A DNA stretch of 64,000 nucleotides. Origin: Octopus bimaculoides (Eukaryota). The notes under the pieces are model-generated. The model ran no database searches. It had not been told where the DNA came from and saw only the letters and a list, made by a program, of their open reading frames with translations. This document shows positions 1 to 12,659 of this stretch, piece after piece. The position numbers and the translations under genes are program-made. The stretch's first letter is position 1, and the number at the start of each line of letters is the position of its first letter. The stretch lies in NCBI RefSeq assembly GCF_001194135.2, contig NC_068988.1, forward strand, positions 43,573,778 to 43,637,777. The letters are read 5' to 3'.

Positions 1-417
1 TTAGATGGTAGTCTTAATCCGTCACCCGGTTTATCATCACTACTTAGCCCTTAAATACATTCTACAGATTACACTCCATCGCAGGGCATTTGAGCCAGAC
101 CTAATTTGAGGATCAAATTTGCATGTACATATTTTCGAAGAGCCAAAACACCCCACTAAACCAAAACAAAACAATGCCTTTGTCATACACACAGTGAACT
201 ACAGCGCTAGTTGCTAGATACTAGTCACTGATACATTAACTAACACTCCGATATTCAGTCAAAACCATAGAGCTGTTATTCATTTTGTCAAATTAAAAAC
301 GTTAACACGGATTAATTACGTTGTTATTTAAATCTACGAAGTCATCTACCGGTACAATCGGTACAGTGGCGTTCAACGTGTTATTTGATTACGTCCAGTT
401 ACTTTTTTTAAGTCAGT

Positions 418-605
418 AAGCTAGTAAAATTGTTGGCTAGTCGGACATGCGTAGCGGAATTTCTTCCAGCTCTTTACGCTCTGAGTTCAATTCCTGCTGA
501 AGTTAACTCTGCCTTTCATCCTTTCGGGGTCAATATAATTCCAGCCAAGTATGGGGTCAATATAGTCGACTAGTTTCCTCTCCTCTAAATTGCTGGCTTT
601 GTACC
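418..605 (+). mobile_element. SINE group A, degenerate copy
   Basis: Contains 'ctgagttcaattcc...gcctttcatcctttcggggtc...ggggtcaatatagtcgact', matching the better copies at 12660 and 43316. Confidence 0.7.
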
Positions 606-764
606 CTGCATCATATTTAGGAAGAATATTTTAATTTAGTCACTTATTCGCCATGGAAACCTGGTAATCAGCTCTTTTGAGTCCTAGATCCCAAGAAAAT
701 TTTTAAAAAATTAACTTTCTAAGTTCAAATCTAGCTGGGGTTTACTTTGTCCAGCTAGATTTGA

Positions 765-905
765 ACGGTTGTGTGCGCAGTGGGAGCGAGCATTGACCCT
801 CGTGAAGCAGTGTGCCGAGTGACATCGCTTTGTTTACTTCGCAAGTTGTGAAATTTGTGATCACGTGTTTGTCTACGATATTCGTCATGGACAAGAAGCT
901 GGTGT
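765..905 (+). mobile_element. Mariner-like transposon 5' region fragment
   Basis: 'gtgtgccgagtgacatcgctttgtttacttcgcaagttgtgaaatttg' is nearly identical to 62465-62512, which follows a mariner-type TIR; ends at a putative start 'atggacaagaagctg' (MDKKL). Confidence 0.5.
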
Positions 906-1670
906 TCACTTTGTCTTTCATTCGATAAAATAAAGCCCGAGTCCAGTACTTGGTCGATATAATCGACTGTACTTTAATACAGTCGATTATATCCCAGCGT
1001 AGTCACAGTTCATTGGATGAAACCAGTAAAATAGTTTCTAAAAAATACCATTTCTATGAACATTAGTTTTCAGGTACGATTATGTCAGTGATCACGTGAT
1101 AGTTTTGTTTACCTCGTAACTAATGACGCAGAACGGTGAAAGCGTTTGCAAGTGTGTTCGTGAATGTGGTAGGGGATGTAGATATGCTACATCTCGACAT
1201 CACATGTTCACATGCCTATTAAAGAAAATGAGAAAACGATGAGTTTACTGACTCACACGGTATAAAATCGGGGAATATAGCATGTGGTATTTAGTTACGT
1301 CCTTTCCGTTCTAACTTCAAATGCCGCAAACATTCGATTTGTTTTTCTTCCTTCCGGAGCCAATTAAGTTCAATCAAGTTCAATGATCGATTATACTTCC
1401 CTAAATGTGTCTTTGTGCTAAGGAAAAAAAATGTTTTGAACTCATCATATTAAATGAAAACTGACTATAAAAAGAGGTATTTAAAATTTTTACTTGTTTT
1501 TGAAATTCTTTATATTCATATTCTCTCTGCCTTCCTCCTCCTCCTTTCATCTCATACACCACTCACAAAACTTCTCACCATTTCTCCCTTCATCTCTAAC
1601 CTCATATTTTTCCTTCATTCGCTAGCATGTGTCCAAAGACACCACAGACTCTCTAGCTCTCTCTCTCTCA

Positions 1671-1676
<6 letters not shown>

Positions 1677-1754
<78 letters not shown>

Positions 1755-1770
1755 CTCTCTCTCACACACA

Positions 1771-1807
<37 letters not shown>

Positions 1808-1823
1808 TCTCTCGCACACATAC

Positions 1824-1853
<30 letters not shown>
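1677..1853. repeat. Compound (CA)n/(CT)n microsatellite
   Basis: Seen directly; source of the HT/SL repeats in the ORF track. Confidence 0.98.
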
Positions 1854-1858
<5 letters not shown>

Positions 1859-1860
1859 AG

Positions 1861-2232
1861 CACACACTCTCTCACTGTCATTACACACCACCACCACAAA
1901 TTCCATTACCACAACACATCACCACCACAACAACAAACACCACCACAACAACAAGCACCACCACCACAACAAACACCACCCATAACAACAAACGTTACAA
2001 CTACCACCACCACCACCACCACCACAACAACAACAATAAACACTATCACCACAAATCTCACCTCCAGCTCGCTATTGAACACTACCACTACACATCACTA
2101 TTACACATCGCCACCATCTCCACGATGCACAACCAGCGCCTCTATTAACACTATGCAAGAGGAGCCTCTATGTGGACCACTAGAAACTGAAGTCAAATCG
2201 CCCTTAAATTATACTCTGTCATCTGAAATAAT
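1861..2232 (+). CDS. Candidate low-complexity coding exon (H/Q/P/T-rich), unverified
   Basis: Pyrimidine tract plus 'ttgcag' acceptor ending at 1860, 'aat|gtaagg' donor at 2233, 372 nt open in one frame, ending MQEEPLCGPLETEVKSPLNYTLSSEI. No family recognised. Confidence 0.25.
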
Positions 2233-2749
2233 GTAAGGACGCATTGATAATATGGTTCCACTGCCTGTAGAAGAAAAACGTGGTCACGATTAGAATATCT
2301 CGGATCATGGGCCAGCTCATTCGAGTCTGACAAGAGCTAAACTACAACAGTAACAACAAAATCAACCAGCTGCCTCAGCCTGGTCGCTCAACTTGCTAGA
2401 AATAGCAACCCGATTTCTACAGTCTGGTAGAAGGCAATGACAAGTTGATAATGTAGTCATTGATGTATTGCCGTGGAAAAGGCGAGAGGGTCTCGACTGA
2501 AAAACCATTGATTATAAGACTAAACACTTGCAATATCTGCTCATCAACAACAATAATGAGCTATTTTTCAACTACTAGACTAGGAGGCAACAAGATAAAG
2601 ATGACTCTAAACATATTATTAACGTGTAGTTAATTGATAAATGCTTATATTTTCAACCAGTTTTTTTTTCTTTTCAGGCATCGTGCGTCATAATCACATT
2701 ATCCAATGGTGGGATGTTAATAAAAAGGAGAAACATTAAAATTTAAAAA

Positions 2750-3195
2750 AAGCCTAATATCACTATCTTCAATTCGGTTTTGGTACCTGTCCTCAACTAT
2801 GGTCGTGAATGCTGGTTAATGACCGACAGATTGCGATCGTGAATACAAGGATATTTGGAGTAACGTTATTCGGCGATCAAGAAATCTCTCCAAGTGGAGC
2901 CGCTACTTCTGCGCATTGAGAGGTCACAGTCCTGATACTACGGACATGTGATAAGAACGGAGCAGGAAAGAATCGCAAGATGGATTCTTCAAACTGAGCC
3001 AACCGACAGGAGACCTAGGGTAGACCAGGAATGAGATGGCGTAATAATATCCATTGTCTTAGTTGGTCACGTTTAATGACGGTTGCTTCTGATAGAACCA
3101 ACCATATGAAAGAGGTCCCTGAGGAACCAATACCCACTACGGGATACTGGACAAAAAGATGGATGGATGGAAGAATGGATGCATGGGTGTGATGA
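2750..3195 (+). mobile_element. RTE-clade LINE 3' fragment (disrupted)
   Basis: Translates to IFNSVLVPVLNYGRECW and LLLRIERSQS*YYGHVIRTEQERIARWIL, followed by an RRPR motif and a (GATG)-type tail; typical of the RTE ORF C-terminus. Confidence 0.75.
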
Positions 3196-3597
3196 GAAGA
3201 AGATTTGTAGCTGTTTCATATATGTTAAGGAACTGCGAAGAGGCACCGTCATGAGCTCACTTTCGATGTTTATCAATAATTTCTATTAATGAGATAAGCT
3301 TTTCCTAATTGAAGGTAACAACAACCAATTCCAATGTATTCTTCTCAGAAAGCCAGGAAAAAAAAATTCATCTCCTTGGTCAACTCATTGCAGAAATGAC
3401 AAGTGCGTTTAGAATGATTGACATAACCTATACTGTTTAAGATTGTTGACATAGGCTATACTGTTATATACATGAGCTAACGAAACTGTATCCAAGCGTT
3501 CGCTGAGCCTAACATATATTATAGCTACGTCATTCTCGAATAGGACAATACTGAAGAAATGATATACTAAACGTATTCCAAGACACACTGTGTCGTT

Positions 3598-4693
3598 TAC
3601 CTTTTACTTGATTCAGTCATTAGACTGCGGCCATGCTGGGGGGTATCACCTTGAAAAATTTTAGTCGAACACATCAACACCGGTACTTATTTATTTTAAG
3701 CCTGGTGCTTATTCTATCGGTCTTCTTTTGCCTGACCATTAAGTTACGGTGAAGTAAAAAAAAATTAACCCTGGTTGTCAAGCTGTATAGTGGTGGAAGT
3801 GGTGGGGACAAACAAGCATAAAGAGACACTCATACGCATATACGACGGGATTCTACACAGTTTCTGGATCTAGTTCAAAACGGGGGCGCCAGTATTTTCT
3901 TAACAAAACACTTTGAAACTTGGGACACTGGTAGAATGTGTCATATAGAACATATTTTTCTCTTAGTCTTCTTAAGAAAAATTATTATATTGCAATTTAT
4001 TTCATGTTAAAGTTGTCGTATTTCTGTAATTTCAACCAATGACTGACGTCCATTCAGCCGAATACAGTAAGTGCTGACTACGTAAACAAACGATTCTCAA
4101 ACGATTCTGGCGGTGATAAAATTATTATTTCCTTGTCAAAAAATGGCTGAAGCATATTGGCAGTAGCTAATAAACCTTTCTATTATANNNNNNNNNNNNN
4201 NNNNNNNNNNNNNNNNNNNNNNNNNNNNNNNNNNNNNNNNNNNNNNNNNNNNNNNNNNNNNNNNNNNNNNNNNNNNNNNNNNNNNNNNNNNNNNNNNNNN
4301 NNNNNNNNNNNNNACCGCTTAAACTGCCAAAGGAGTAACTGTAAACAGCTGAATACTTGTCAGTGATTGGTTGAAATTATCGAAATAAGACAATTTTTTA
4401 CATGAAATAACTTCGAATACAAAATTTTTTTTCTGTTCTATAACACAAAATAAATAAGTATACGAAGTTTGAAAGTCTTTCGGTACCAAAAACACTACAT
4501 AAAACATAAATGAAAATTGGTGCCCCCGTTTTGAACTAGATCCCAGTTTCTGTCTGCTAAATTCACTCGCAAGACATTTGTCTGGCCGCAGCTATAGTAA
4601 AGGATATTTGCCCAAGGTGCCGCGCAGTGGGACTGAATCTGGAGCTATGAGGTTGGGAAGCAAGCTTCGTAATCATTCAGCCATGCCTGCGCC
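3598..4693 (-). mobile_element. SINE group C, interrupted by a MITE at 3866-4543
   Basis: Tail 'cagtcattagactgcggccatgctgggg' at ~3615; head '...cccaaggtgccgcgcagtgggactgaa...gccatgcctgcgcc' at 4610-4693; the two halves are collinear with the uninterrupted copies at 22735 and 45037. Confidence 0.85.
3866..4543. mobile_element. Non-autonomous DNA transposon (MITE) with 26-bp TIR and 8-bp TSD
   Basis: TIR ggatctagttcaaaacgggggcgcca (3866-3891) and its inverse (4518-4543, 1 mismatch); TSD cagtttct at 3858-3865 and 4544-4551; additional subterminal inverted similarity. Contains an N-gap. Confidence 0.9.
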
Positions 4694-5899
4694 TATATCT
4701 GGGAAGAAATACATACAATAAAATAAAACCGGATGAAATTGTTATATGGCTACAAAAAAAAAAAAAAAGTTACTGGTGTTGTGTTATGTTGGGTTGGAGC
4801 TGATACAGAGCTAAACAGCAACAAAATAGAAAGTTAAATATCATCTCACGTTTTCGACACAATTAGGAAAGTAGTTAAAAAGGACTTCAATAAACACCCA
4901 GCATCTTGTAATAAAATTCAAGGTCAGCCATTTTATGAGATTTTATTTAGGTCTGATTGTCGTATAAAAACGTGTCACTTCCTCTCACTCTTCCTTTCTA
5001 CCTGATATCTCTTTCTTTCTCTTTTTCTCTTTCTATATCGGTCTCTCTTTATTGTTTTATTTCTTTATTAGATTTGATTGGGGTAGGGGCTAGCTTTGAA
5101 AGTCTGTTCTCATAAATTCACTTCTCATACTCACGTCAGTAAAACAAATTTAGTGCCTATTATAGAAATATGTCTGTCTGATAAGAAAAAATAAATAAAT
5201 AAAACTACACAGTCAAACGAATGGGAATTTTACCACCACCACTACGAACAACCATCCTCTTCCACGTCACAGTCTACAACATTTAACAATAACAACTCTA
5301 TTACTGTTATATATTACTTTTAATCTACTTTTCTTGTTTCTTGCAACCGGTTGCTTCTTGTTGTTATTGCTATGCAGCAGTTAATTGTGCTGCTACACTT
5401 GTTAACTTTGATATTTTGATATCACACACACACACACACACACACAAACGAACACATGCACATGCACACACTCAAACTCATACACATACACATACAATCA
5501 CACTCATGCAAATATATTCATTACGCGCTCATGTATGTACGTATGATATGTGCACGATACGTGTAGGTTATTTAAAAATTTCGCTTAATTTGAGTTTGGG
5601 AATGGCGTATGTTCATGTGCATACATGTAGGGTGGAAATGAATCTAGTGTAACCAGTATATGTGTGTGTGTGCTAGTGTACATGCATGCATGCACACTAG
5701 CACGCAGATACCCACCACTATATCTTTATATACTTTAAACATACAGGTTCCACCGATCGCACCAACTTCACCGACCGCAGCGTCTGCACCAACTCTCTAT
5801 CAATCGGGTTATGCAGTCGATGAAATTCCCATGCATACAGAGTCCTTGTCTCTATATAAGAGCGAAGAGATTTTCAGCTTTAGATAAGAGCGAAGAGGT

Positions 5900-6683
5900 T
5901 TTCAGGGAAACGAACTAGTTAGTCTGTTTCGGAAGATTTCTTAACCGGCTCTACCATAGGCGCTGTTACCAAAGGACACTGCAGGTTCGAGATAAACTCT
6001 ACAAGCACAAAAGTGTCGCCAGGTGGGGCTGTCCGAGATGCGCACAGGGCGTATTGCATGCACTCGTGCAGTGTCCGAGCATTACTGACTTGTGGAGTTA
6101 TATCGAACAGTTTGTTTCGTGTGTAGGACAAATCCGACTGACCTCTGAGTTCACCGCGAGCATCACCCCACTACCACCTTCAGTAGGGCAGGGCAAGTGT
6201 TGTTCTTGTCTAGTGGCTACGGTGACAGAAGTTGTCTGGCGGACGAGGTTGGAAGGATTGAGGATCACCCCACTTCTTCGACTAAGTTCTATTAGGAAGT
6301 AAAAGTGAGGATGGGGAAGGAAGTGCTCTGTTCCGGTATATTTGTGAAAAGGTGCGTGAATGTGGTAGAAATGGTTAGGTTGAATGGGCCTCTTCTAAGC
6401 TTGCGTTTGTAGATTGGAGAACAAGAGTTGGGCAAGGGTTTGAGCGTTTAGTGATCAGGGTGATTCTGGCTTCGTGGGTTTCTTTGACTGACTCTAGTTG
6501 GAGGCTCTTCTGTGTCAGGACTGCATTATCAATGTGTTTATATATTTTGTGTACTATGTATACTTTCATCTCATTTCTTCATTCTTTTTTTTTTACCCTC
6601 ATCTTTTACGTAAACCCCTACTCATATTGTAAACCGTCCTTTGTAACATCCTTCTCATCTGATGTTCCTTTGGAAAATATAAG

Positions 6684-6687
<4 letters not shown>
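5900..6687 (+). mobile_element. Tx1/L1-clade LINE 3' fragment (zf-RVT/CCHC region plus 3' UTR)
   Basis: The frame of ORF 6054 extends upstream to RCYQRTLQVRDKLYKHKSVARWGCPRCAQGVLHALVQCPSITDLWSYIEQ, a CxxC-H-C knuckle typical of the L1/Tx1 ORF2 C-terminus. Confidence 0.7.

Positions 6688-6747
<60 letters not shown>
6688..6747. repeat. (CAT)20 microsatellite
   Basis: Seen directly. Confidence 0.98.
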
Positions 6748-6764
6748 TATTATCATTATTAATA

Positions 6765-6958
6765 ATCGTGATCGGGCCAGGCAAAATTCTTAGCAGCATT
6801 TTGTTCGTCTTTACGTTCTGAGTTCAAATTACGCCGAGGTTGACTTTGGCTTGCATCCTTTTGGAATTGATGAAATAATTACCAGTTGTGCACTAGAATC
6901 AATGTAATCGACTTACTTCTCCCAGCGAGATTGCTGGCCTTGTGCCAAAATTGGAAAC
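6765..6958 (+). mobile_element. SINE group A
   Basis: 'ttcttagcagcattttgttcgtctttacgttctgagttcaaattacgccgaggttgacttt...gccttgtgccaaaattggaaac', followed by (TTA)n at 6961-7060. Confidence 0.8.
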
Positions 6959-6959
6959 G

Positions 6960-7061
<102 letters not shown>

Positions 7062-7431
7062 GTTTAAAAATATAATAAACGCGTTATTTTTGTTTTAAGC
7101 CTTAAGTTCTCACGACTTTCTTTCACTTCTTATCCTACTTCACAAACTCCCTTACCACCCAACTGCTCGTGAAACTATCTCCATGTCTGATTCGCTTTCT
7201 CACTACTAACCCACGCTGCTTTGCACTATGCTCGACCTATCCCGTGCGTTCATTGTCACATGTCATCGTTAATTTGCTGATGCACCATATGTTACACGTG
7301 TACAACTGCACATTTCATCTTTTTTCTCTTGTCTACGTTGCTTATATGGTTATATCATTATCCTGTTACATACACGTAATGTATGGTTTTCTGCCCTAAG
7401 TCTTTTAACAGATTTCCCGCTTTCTCATAAA

Positions 7432-7985
7432 AGTTGTCAGTTGGCAGAATGGTTGAAGTGACGGAGGAAATGCCTGGCGGCATTTACTGGTGGACTTTGA
7501 CGTTTTGGGTTCAAATTGTGCAGAGTTGAACCTTGCCATTTATCATTCTGGGATCGCTAATATAAAGAATTAGGGCCTATGAGTAACCCTATGCCCCTAA
7601 ATTTCTGGACTTCTACCTTCTACCTATGTTAGAAATTATTAATGCATAGAGCCGTTAGAACATTCATAAAAATTGTTTGTAGTATTTGTTCTGTAGTATT
7701 TAATCAAATTTGATTTCATCCCTCAAAGGTCAATGAAATAAAGTACTAGTTAAGTACATTGATCGATATAATCGATTGTTCTCTTCAAGTCAAAATTGTT
7801 TTTAGCCTTGACAGAATCCCTAGACTGTACATAAAGACACCTTGCGCTATTTGTTCTGGAACTTCACGTTTCAAACTCCATCGAGGTTAACTTTGCTTTT
7901 CATCTTTCCGGAGTCTCTCCAATCTAGTACAGGAGTTGATTGTGTCAGCTAACATTCTCGTCTGTAAAATTGCTGGCTTCGTGTC
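7432..7985 (+). mobile_element. Cluster of degenerate SINE group A copies
   Basis: Diverged group A head, core and tail pieces at about 7432-7625, 7690-7800 and 7835-7985. Confidence 0.55.
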
Positions 7986-8954
7986 GTCATATTATTATTA
8001 TTATTATTAGTATTGATGCCTTCTGATTAATCCACAATCCAAATTGATCGGCTACACAGACCACGAATTTGTGATCTGCAGAAGTCGACTTAGATAGGAT
8101 CCGTAGACAGGGACCCGGCACGCAAAGACTACAGGGGTCGGATTAGTGAATTAGTTAACCGGCAGTTGACTGGGGCAATCGTGAGAATTTTCTTCAGGTG
8201 AAGTAACCCATTCCACGCAAAAGGTTTCTGAAAAAAGTTTGTTTGAGGATGATGAACAAAATACCCATGTTTCCGGAGGGGAATTATTCAAATTCCAAAG
8301 AATCTCTCTCAACACATGGCTATGATGCTCCCCCACTACTCCTGTTCGGGATCAGAGATGCACATGTCATCAGCCACTAAGAGACATGCTCAACTAGTGA
8401 AGGTCAAGCAACTGACAAACAAATATGTGGTATTGAGAAGAACATCTGCTGTAGCCTGTCTTTCACACCAGGACAAAACACTTCCAATCAGTTAAGATCA
8501 GAAGCCACCAGAGCTACTGCTGGTACTGCACCTCGACATTTGATAGTTTCAGGTAAATTTCTACTGCATCAGCTGCTACCGAGATTTGTGCAGCATTATG
8601 TGTTCTGTTGAGGGAGTACACATTCTTATTATATTGCATCAGTCCTTTTTGTTATGGGGTTTGGCTTGAGTCTTTTGTTGTATTAGTGTTTGTATTGTGT
8701 GTTATGTGTTTAATGCGGTTTGGGTTTTTCAGTTAGGTATCCAACCAGTGGAGTATATGTTGTGGGGATTGTTTATTTTATTGGATATTTACTGTACAGA
8801 ATGCGTCTTCTGTTTGTGGATTGTTTTATTTGGGTTGTACTATTGAATTGATAGTGTCTTTCGCAGGGCTATTTTTGGGATAGTGTTTAGTGTTGAAGGC
8901 CCAGGTATAGCTTCTACGTTTTTGTTCATTCGTTTTTTTTTATCATCCCCAATA

Positions 8955-9342
8955 CTTCAGTGGAGTGTCTTCTACTATAGCCACGAGCCGCCCAAAGCTT
9001 TGTGAGTGGATTTGGTAGATGGGAACTGTAAGAAGCCGGTCATATAAATGTACATATATATGTGTGTATGCGTGTGTATTTATGTGTGTGGTTTATGTTT
9101 GTGTTTGTCCCCCAATACTGCTTGACAACTGGTGTTGGTTGAATTTACATCCCCGTCACGTGGCGGTTAAGCAAGAAACGAAAACATCCCCACACAAAAT
9201 AAGAACAAAAAAAAAAAAAGAAAGAAGGATTGAATAAGTACCAGGCTTTAAAAAAGTCGATTCGTTCGACTAAAACTTTTCAAAGCGGTGCCCCAGCATG
9301 GTCACAGTCTAATGACTGAAACAAGTAAAAGATAAAAGATAT
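8955..9342 (+). mobile_element. SINE group C (5'-truncated)
   Basis: 'gtgtcttctactatagcc...aagctttgtgagtggatttggtagatgggaactg...gcggtgccccagcatggtcacagtctaatgactgaaacaagtaaaagataaaagata'. Confidence 0.85.
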
Positions 9343-10305
9343 NNNNNNNNNNNNNNNNNNNNNNNNNNNNNNNNNNNNNNNNNNNNNNNNNNNNNNNNNN
9401 NNNNNNNNNNNNNNNNNNNNNNNNNNNNNNNNNNNNNNNNNNNNNNNNNNNNNNNNNNNNNNNNNAGCGGTGCCCCAGCATGGTCACAGTCTAATGACTG
9501 AAACAAGTAAAAGATAAAAGATATATCTAAAGGTTGCTGTTGTTACTGCGTAGTCATCGTCATTGTTTTTATTGTTATTGTTGTTGTCGTTGTTGTTGTT
9601 ATCGTTGTTGTTTAGGGCCAGGTTAAGCTCCGATGAGGTTAACATATGAACAAAAACGCCAAATCTGGCTATCCAATTTGTTTGAAGCGTACATAGAACT
9701 ACATTATTTAATATGTAGTTCTTTCCTATTCCCGAGATGCAAGGATGTGACTTAAGGTTTATTTGGCTGCTATTTCTTGTAAGACAAAAGACCGCATAGT
9801 GACTCTTATTAGCTCAAAAAGGATGCAGTAGCTGTTAGCGGTAAAGAAATAGAAGAGAAAAACACCGTTAAAGATTATAAAAATAGCAGGCTGTCGCCAT
9901 ATACTAATTACTTAATTAGCAAATTAGTTACGTAAATACAAAAGTATGTATGTATTCGATCAAAATCCATGGCATAGGGAGGACGTAGGTGCTCTGTGAG
10001 AGACAGACTCTAGCTTCACTGGGGCCCCACGCTGTGTTTCAGTAAGTAGATAGCCTCGTGGCGCCTATCTTTATTCCACATATCGTTGGTCGCTGGATTC
10101 CCGGCGAGAGCTCTTCCGTCCTCTGACAGGTTTTAGTTTGACCTTGCTGGATTTGCTATGGAACAATACGATTCTTAGTTTTCTTATCTTTGAAGACATT
10201 CCAAACTAAATTCTAAGGACTAATAACGAAATATGAGAAAGAAATTAGAGCTAAAAAATGAATATGTCTTCAAAATACCATATATATACAAATATGCGTT
10301 TTTAT

Positions 10306-10348
<43 letters not shown>

Positions 10349-10448
10349 NNNNNNNNNNNNNNNNNNNNNNNNNNNNNNNNNNNNNNNNNNNNNNNNNNNN
10401 NNNNNNNNNNNNNNNNNNNNNNNNNNNNNNNNNNNNNNNNNNNNNNNN

Positions 10449-10492
<44 letters not shown>

Positions 10493-10544
10493 CGTGTGGT
10501 AAAGCAAAACATACCAAACATACATTATAGAATATTATGAGGTC

Positions 10545-11924
10545 AGATGGCAGAATCGGTCGAGTGACAGACAAATGTCATGAGATCTAGTAAAGATATA
10601 GTATAGGAGTGGAATTCGGGATCTCAGAGTGTACGGGGAAAGAGAGAAGATTGCAAGGGCATAGAATTGCCAAATAGAGAGCGAATGGAAATCCCAGATA
10701 ATGGTAGGTATAAGTACCATGGGATTCTGGAGCTGGACGACTTCTTGCACAGAGAAATGAAAGACAAATGTTACCGCTGCGTATTTGATGTACCTTGTCT
10801 TGAAGTCAAAATTCAATGCATGGAACCTTGTGATGGCCATTAACAAATGGGTTGTTGCTGTAGGTCGCTATAGTGCACCCATTCTGAGATGGACACAAGC
10901 GAAGACTGACCAGTTCGATCGCATTACTCAAAAGATGATGACAATACATGGTGTTCTCCACCTTAAAGCGACCATGCACAGGTTGTACATGGCCTGATAA
11001 GCGCACGGGAGTGAATTGACAGCGAAAGAAGAAACTTGACAGAGTACTTGTTAAACAACGAACAAGACCCGCTGCAGTACGCTGCTAAGGCAGAAGGCTT
11101 TGCTAACCATGAAGTTGAGTGTGTTAATGACTTCCATTCACGAATGGACAAAGAGAGAGAAAACGCGCTACTCTGCATGGAAATGTATGATCAGTTCTAT
11201 TACGAAGCTAACAACTTAGGAGATCAGGAAGCAGCATGGATATAGCTCAACATAGGTGTCTTTCGGAAGAATGCTGAAAGCTTCCTAGTACCAGATATTG
11301 AATACTAACTCAGTGAGGATGGATATATACTACACATGTACAAAGAACTTCTGCAGAACGTGTGAAAAGAAGGTCTAAAGCGTGACTCGCATCGTTAGAG
11401 CTCTTGAAAGTCTTGCGTAGAAAGAGTACACCACAAGGTGACCCTGAACCTTCACTGGCTATTGTGCCGAAAGTATGGATATGAGGTAACAGACGCTTGG
11501 TACCAAAATACACCGGAAAAGGGAATGAACGAAAACGGGAAAGCAAGGATCCCCTGGAATTTTGACTTCCAAACAAACAAGGTGTTAGAGCACCGAAAGC
11601 CGGATATAGAAGCCTTTAAAGGAGGAAATCAAAAGGGTCGATTAAGTAACGTGGTATTGCTAGTAGATTAGCGTATTGGCATGAAAGATCGACAAATATG
11701 AAGACCTGAAAACTGACATCGTCAAGATGTGCCAGCTGTGAGAGTCAAACATAAAAGGTGTTCCTGTTGTTATTAGATTTAATACCAGCCAACTTAAAGA
11801 AACATCTGGACACTTTAGAAATGTCCTACAATCTTGGCGTATTGCAAAAATCGGTTTTACTTGGAACTGTACGCATACTGCGTAAAGTGTTGTCTATCTA
11901 AGACCCCTATCGTAGTTTGACAGA
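10545..11924 (+). mobile_element. R4/Dong-like RLE non-LTR retrotransposon, 5'-truncated, degenerate
   Basis: Peptides VLKSKFNAWNLVMAINKWVV, LNLHWLLCRKYG...WYQNTPE...FQTNKVLEHRKPDI (PD-(D/E)xK endonuclease) and LQKSVLLGTVRILRKVLSI* (stop ends 11901); then a short UTR and (AAT)3 at 11925-11933. Confidence 0.85.
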
Positions 11925-12659
11925 AATAATAATTCCCTGGTTCAGACAATATCTTCAATCTTCATCAGACTTTGTGTTTTTTGTACAAAGGATTATTATT
12001 ATCATTATCATTATTTTTTTCCTTACTCACAAGATAATTATATTTCTATTTCAGGATTTTGCATATTGAAAGAAACTGAATATTTGATGACAAAAGATCT
12101 GAAAAAAAAAAAAAATATATAGCGTATTATTATTTTTTGCTATTTTTTCTTGCTATTGATGTAACTTTTTCTTGATTTTTGCTGCTGCCGTTGTTAATTT
12201 TGTCCTTGTTTTTCTTGTTTGTGATGTTACCACAGAACATCTATTTGAATATTGTAATATTATTGTTCTGTTTGTTTTAATTCTACCTCCGAGGTTGGTT
12301 GCTTGATTGTTAATCTTATTTTCCATACACAATTGTCTTAATATTGTTTTAGGGGACTAAGAGGAAATATAGAGAAATAATAATCGCTAATCTATTAGAA
12401 AATAGATCAGCTGCAGGAGGTCGGTTTCAGTATTGAAATCTAAGTTGCTGTAGACGTTGTTGTTGTTCTGTTTCTCTGCTTGTTTAGGAAAGAAGCGAAT
12501 ACACTGTTTAGGCATGAAGGAACTGAAATACTAAAGAATAGCGACTGTGGTGCTTATAAATAAAAACCAAAGACTAATTAGGTGATATGCTGAAATTTTA
12601 ACGATTTTGTAAGATTAGAAAACAAATACGCTTTTGATGTGTGGATGTGTGTTTAAGAA

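Noticed and set aside
1454-2236. 260-aa ORF as a single gene, and the many HT/YI/CV/poly-X ORFs throughout the track
   Set aside because: They are translations of microsatellites or run through N-gaps; only the 1861-2232 part is kept, as a weak exon candidate.
8600-8950. GT-rich segment possibly derived from a Penelope GIY-YIG region
   Set aside because: Too decayed; no diagnostic motif could be read with confidence.
9284-9525. Exact ~59-bp repeat of the SINE C tail on both sides of an N-gap
   Set aside because: Typical overlap of contig ends across a scaffold gap, so most likely an assembly artefact.
11915-11975. Second hammerhead-like string on the minus strand (CTGATGA...GAAC...GTC)
   Set aside because: GAAC instead of GAAA, stem I does not pair, and the motif straddles the LINE end and its (AAT)3 junction; probably chance.
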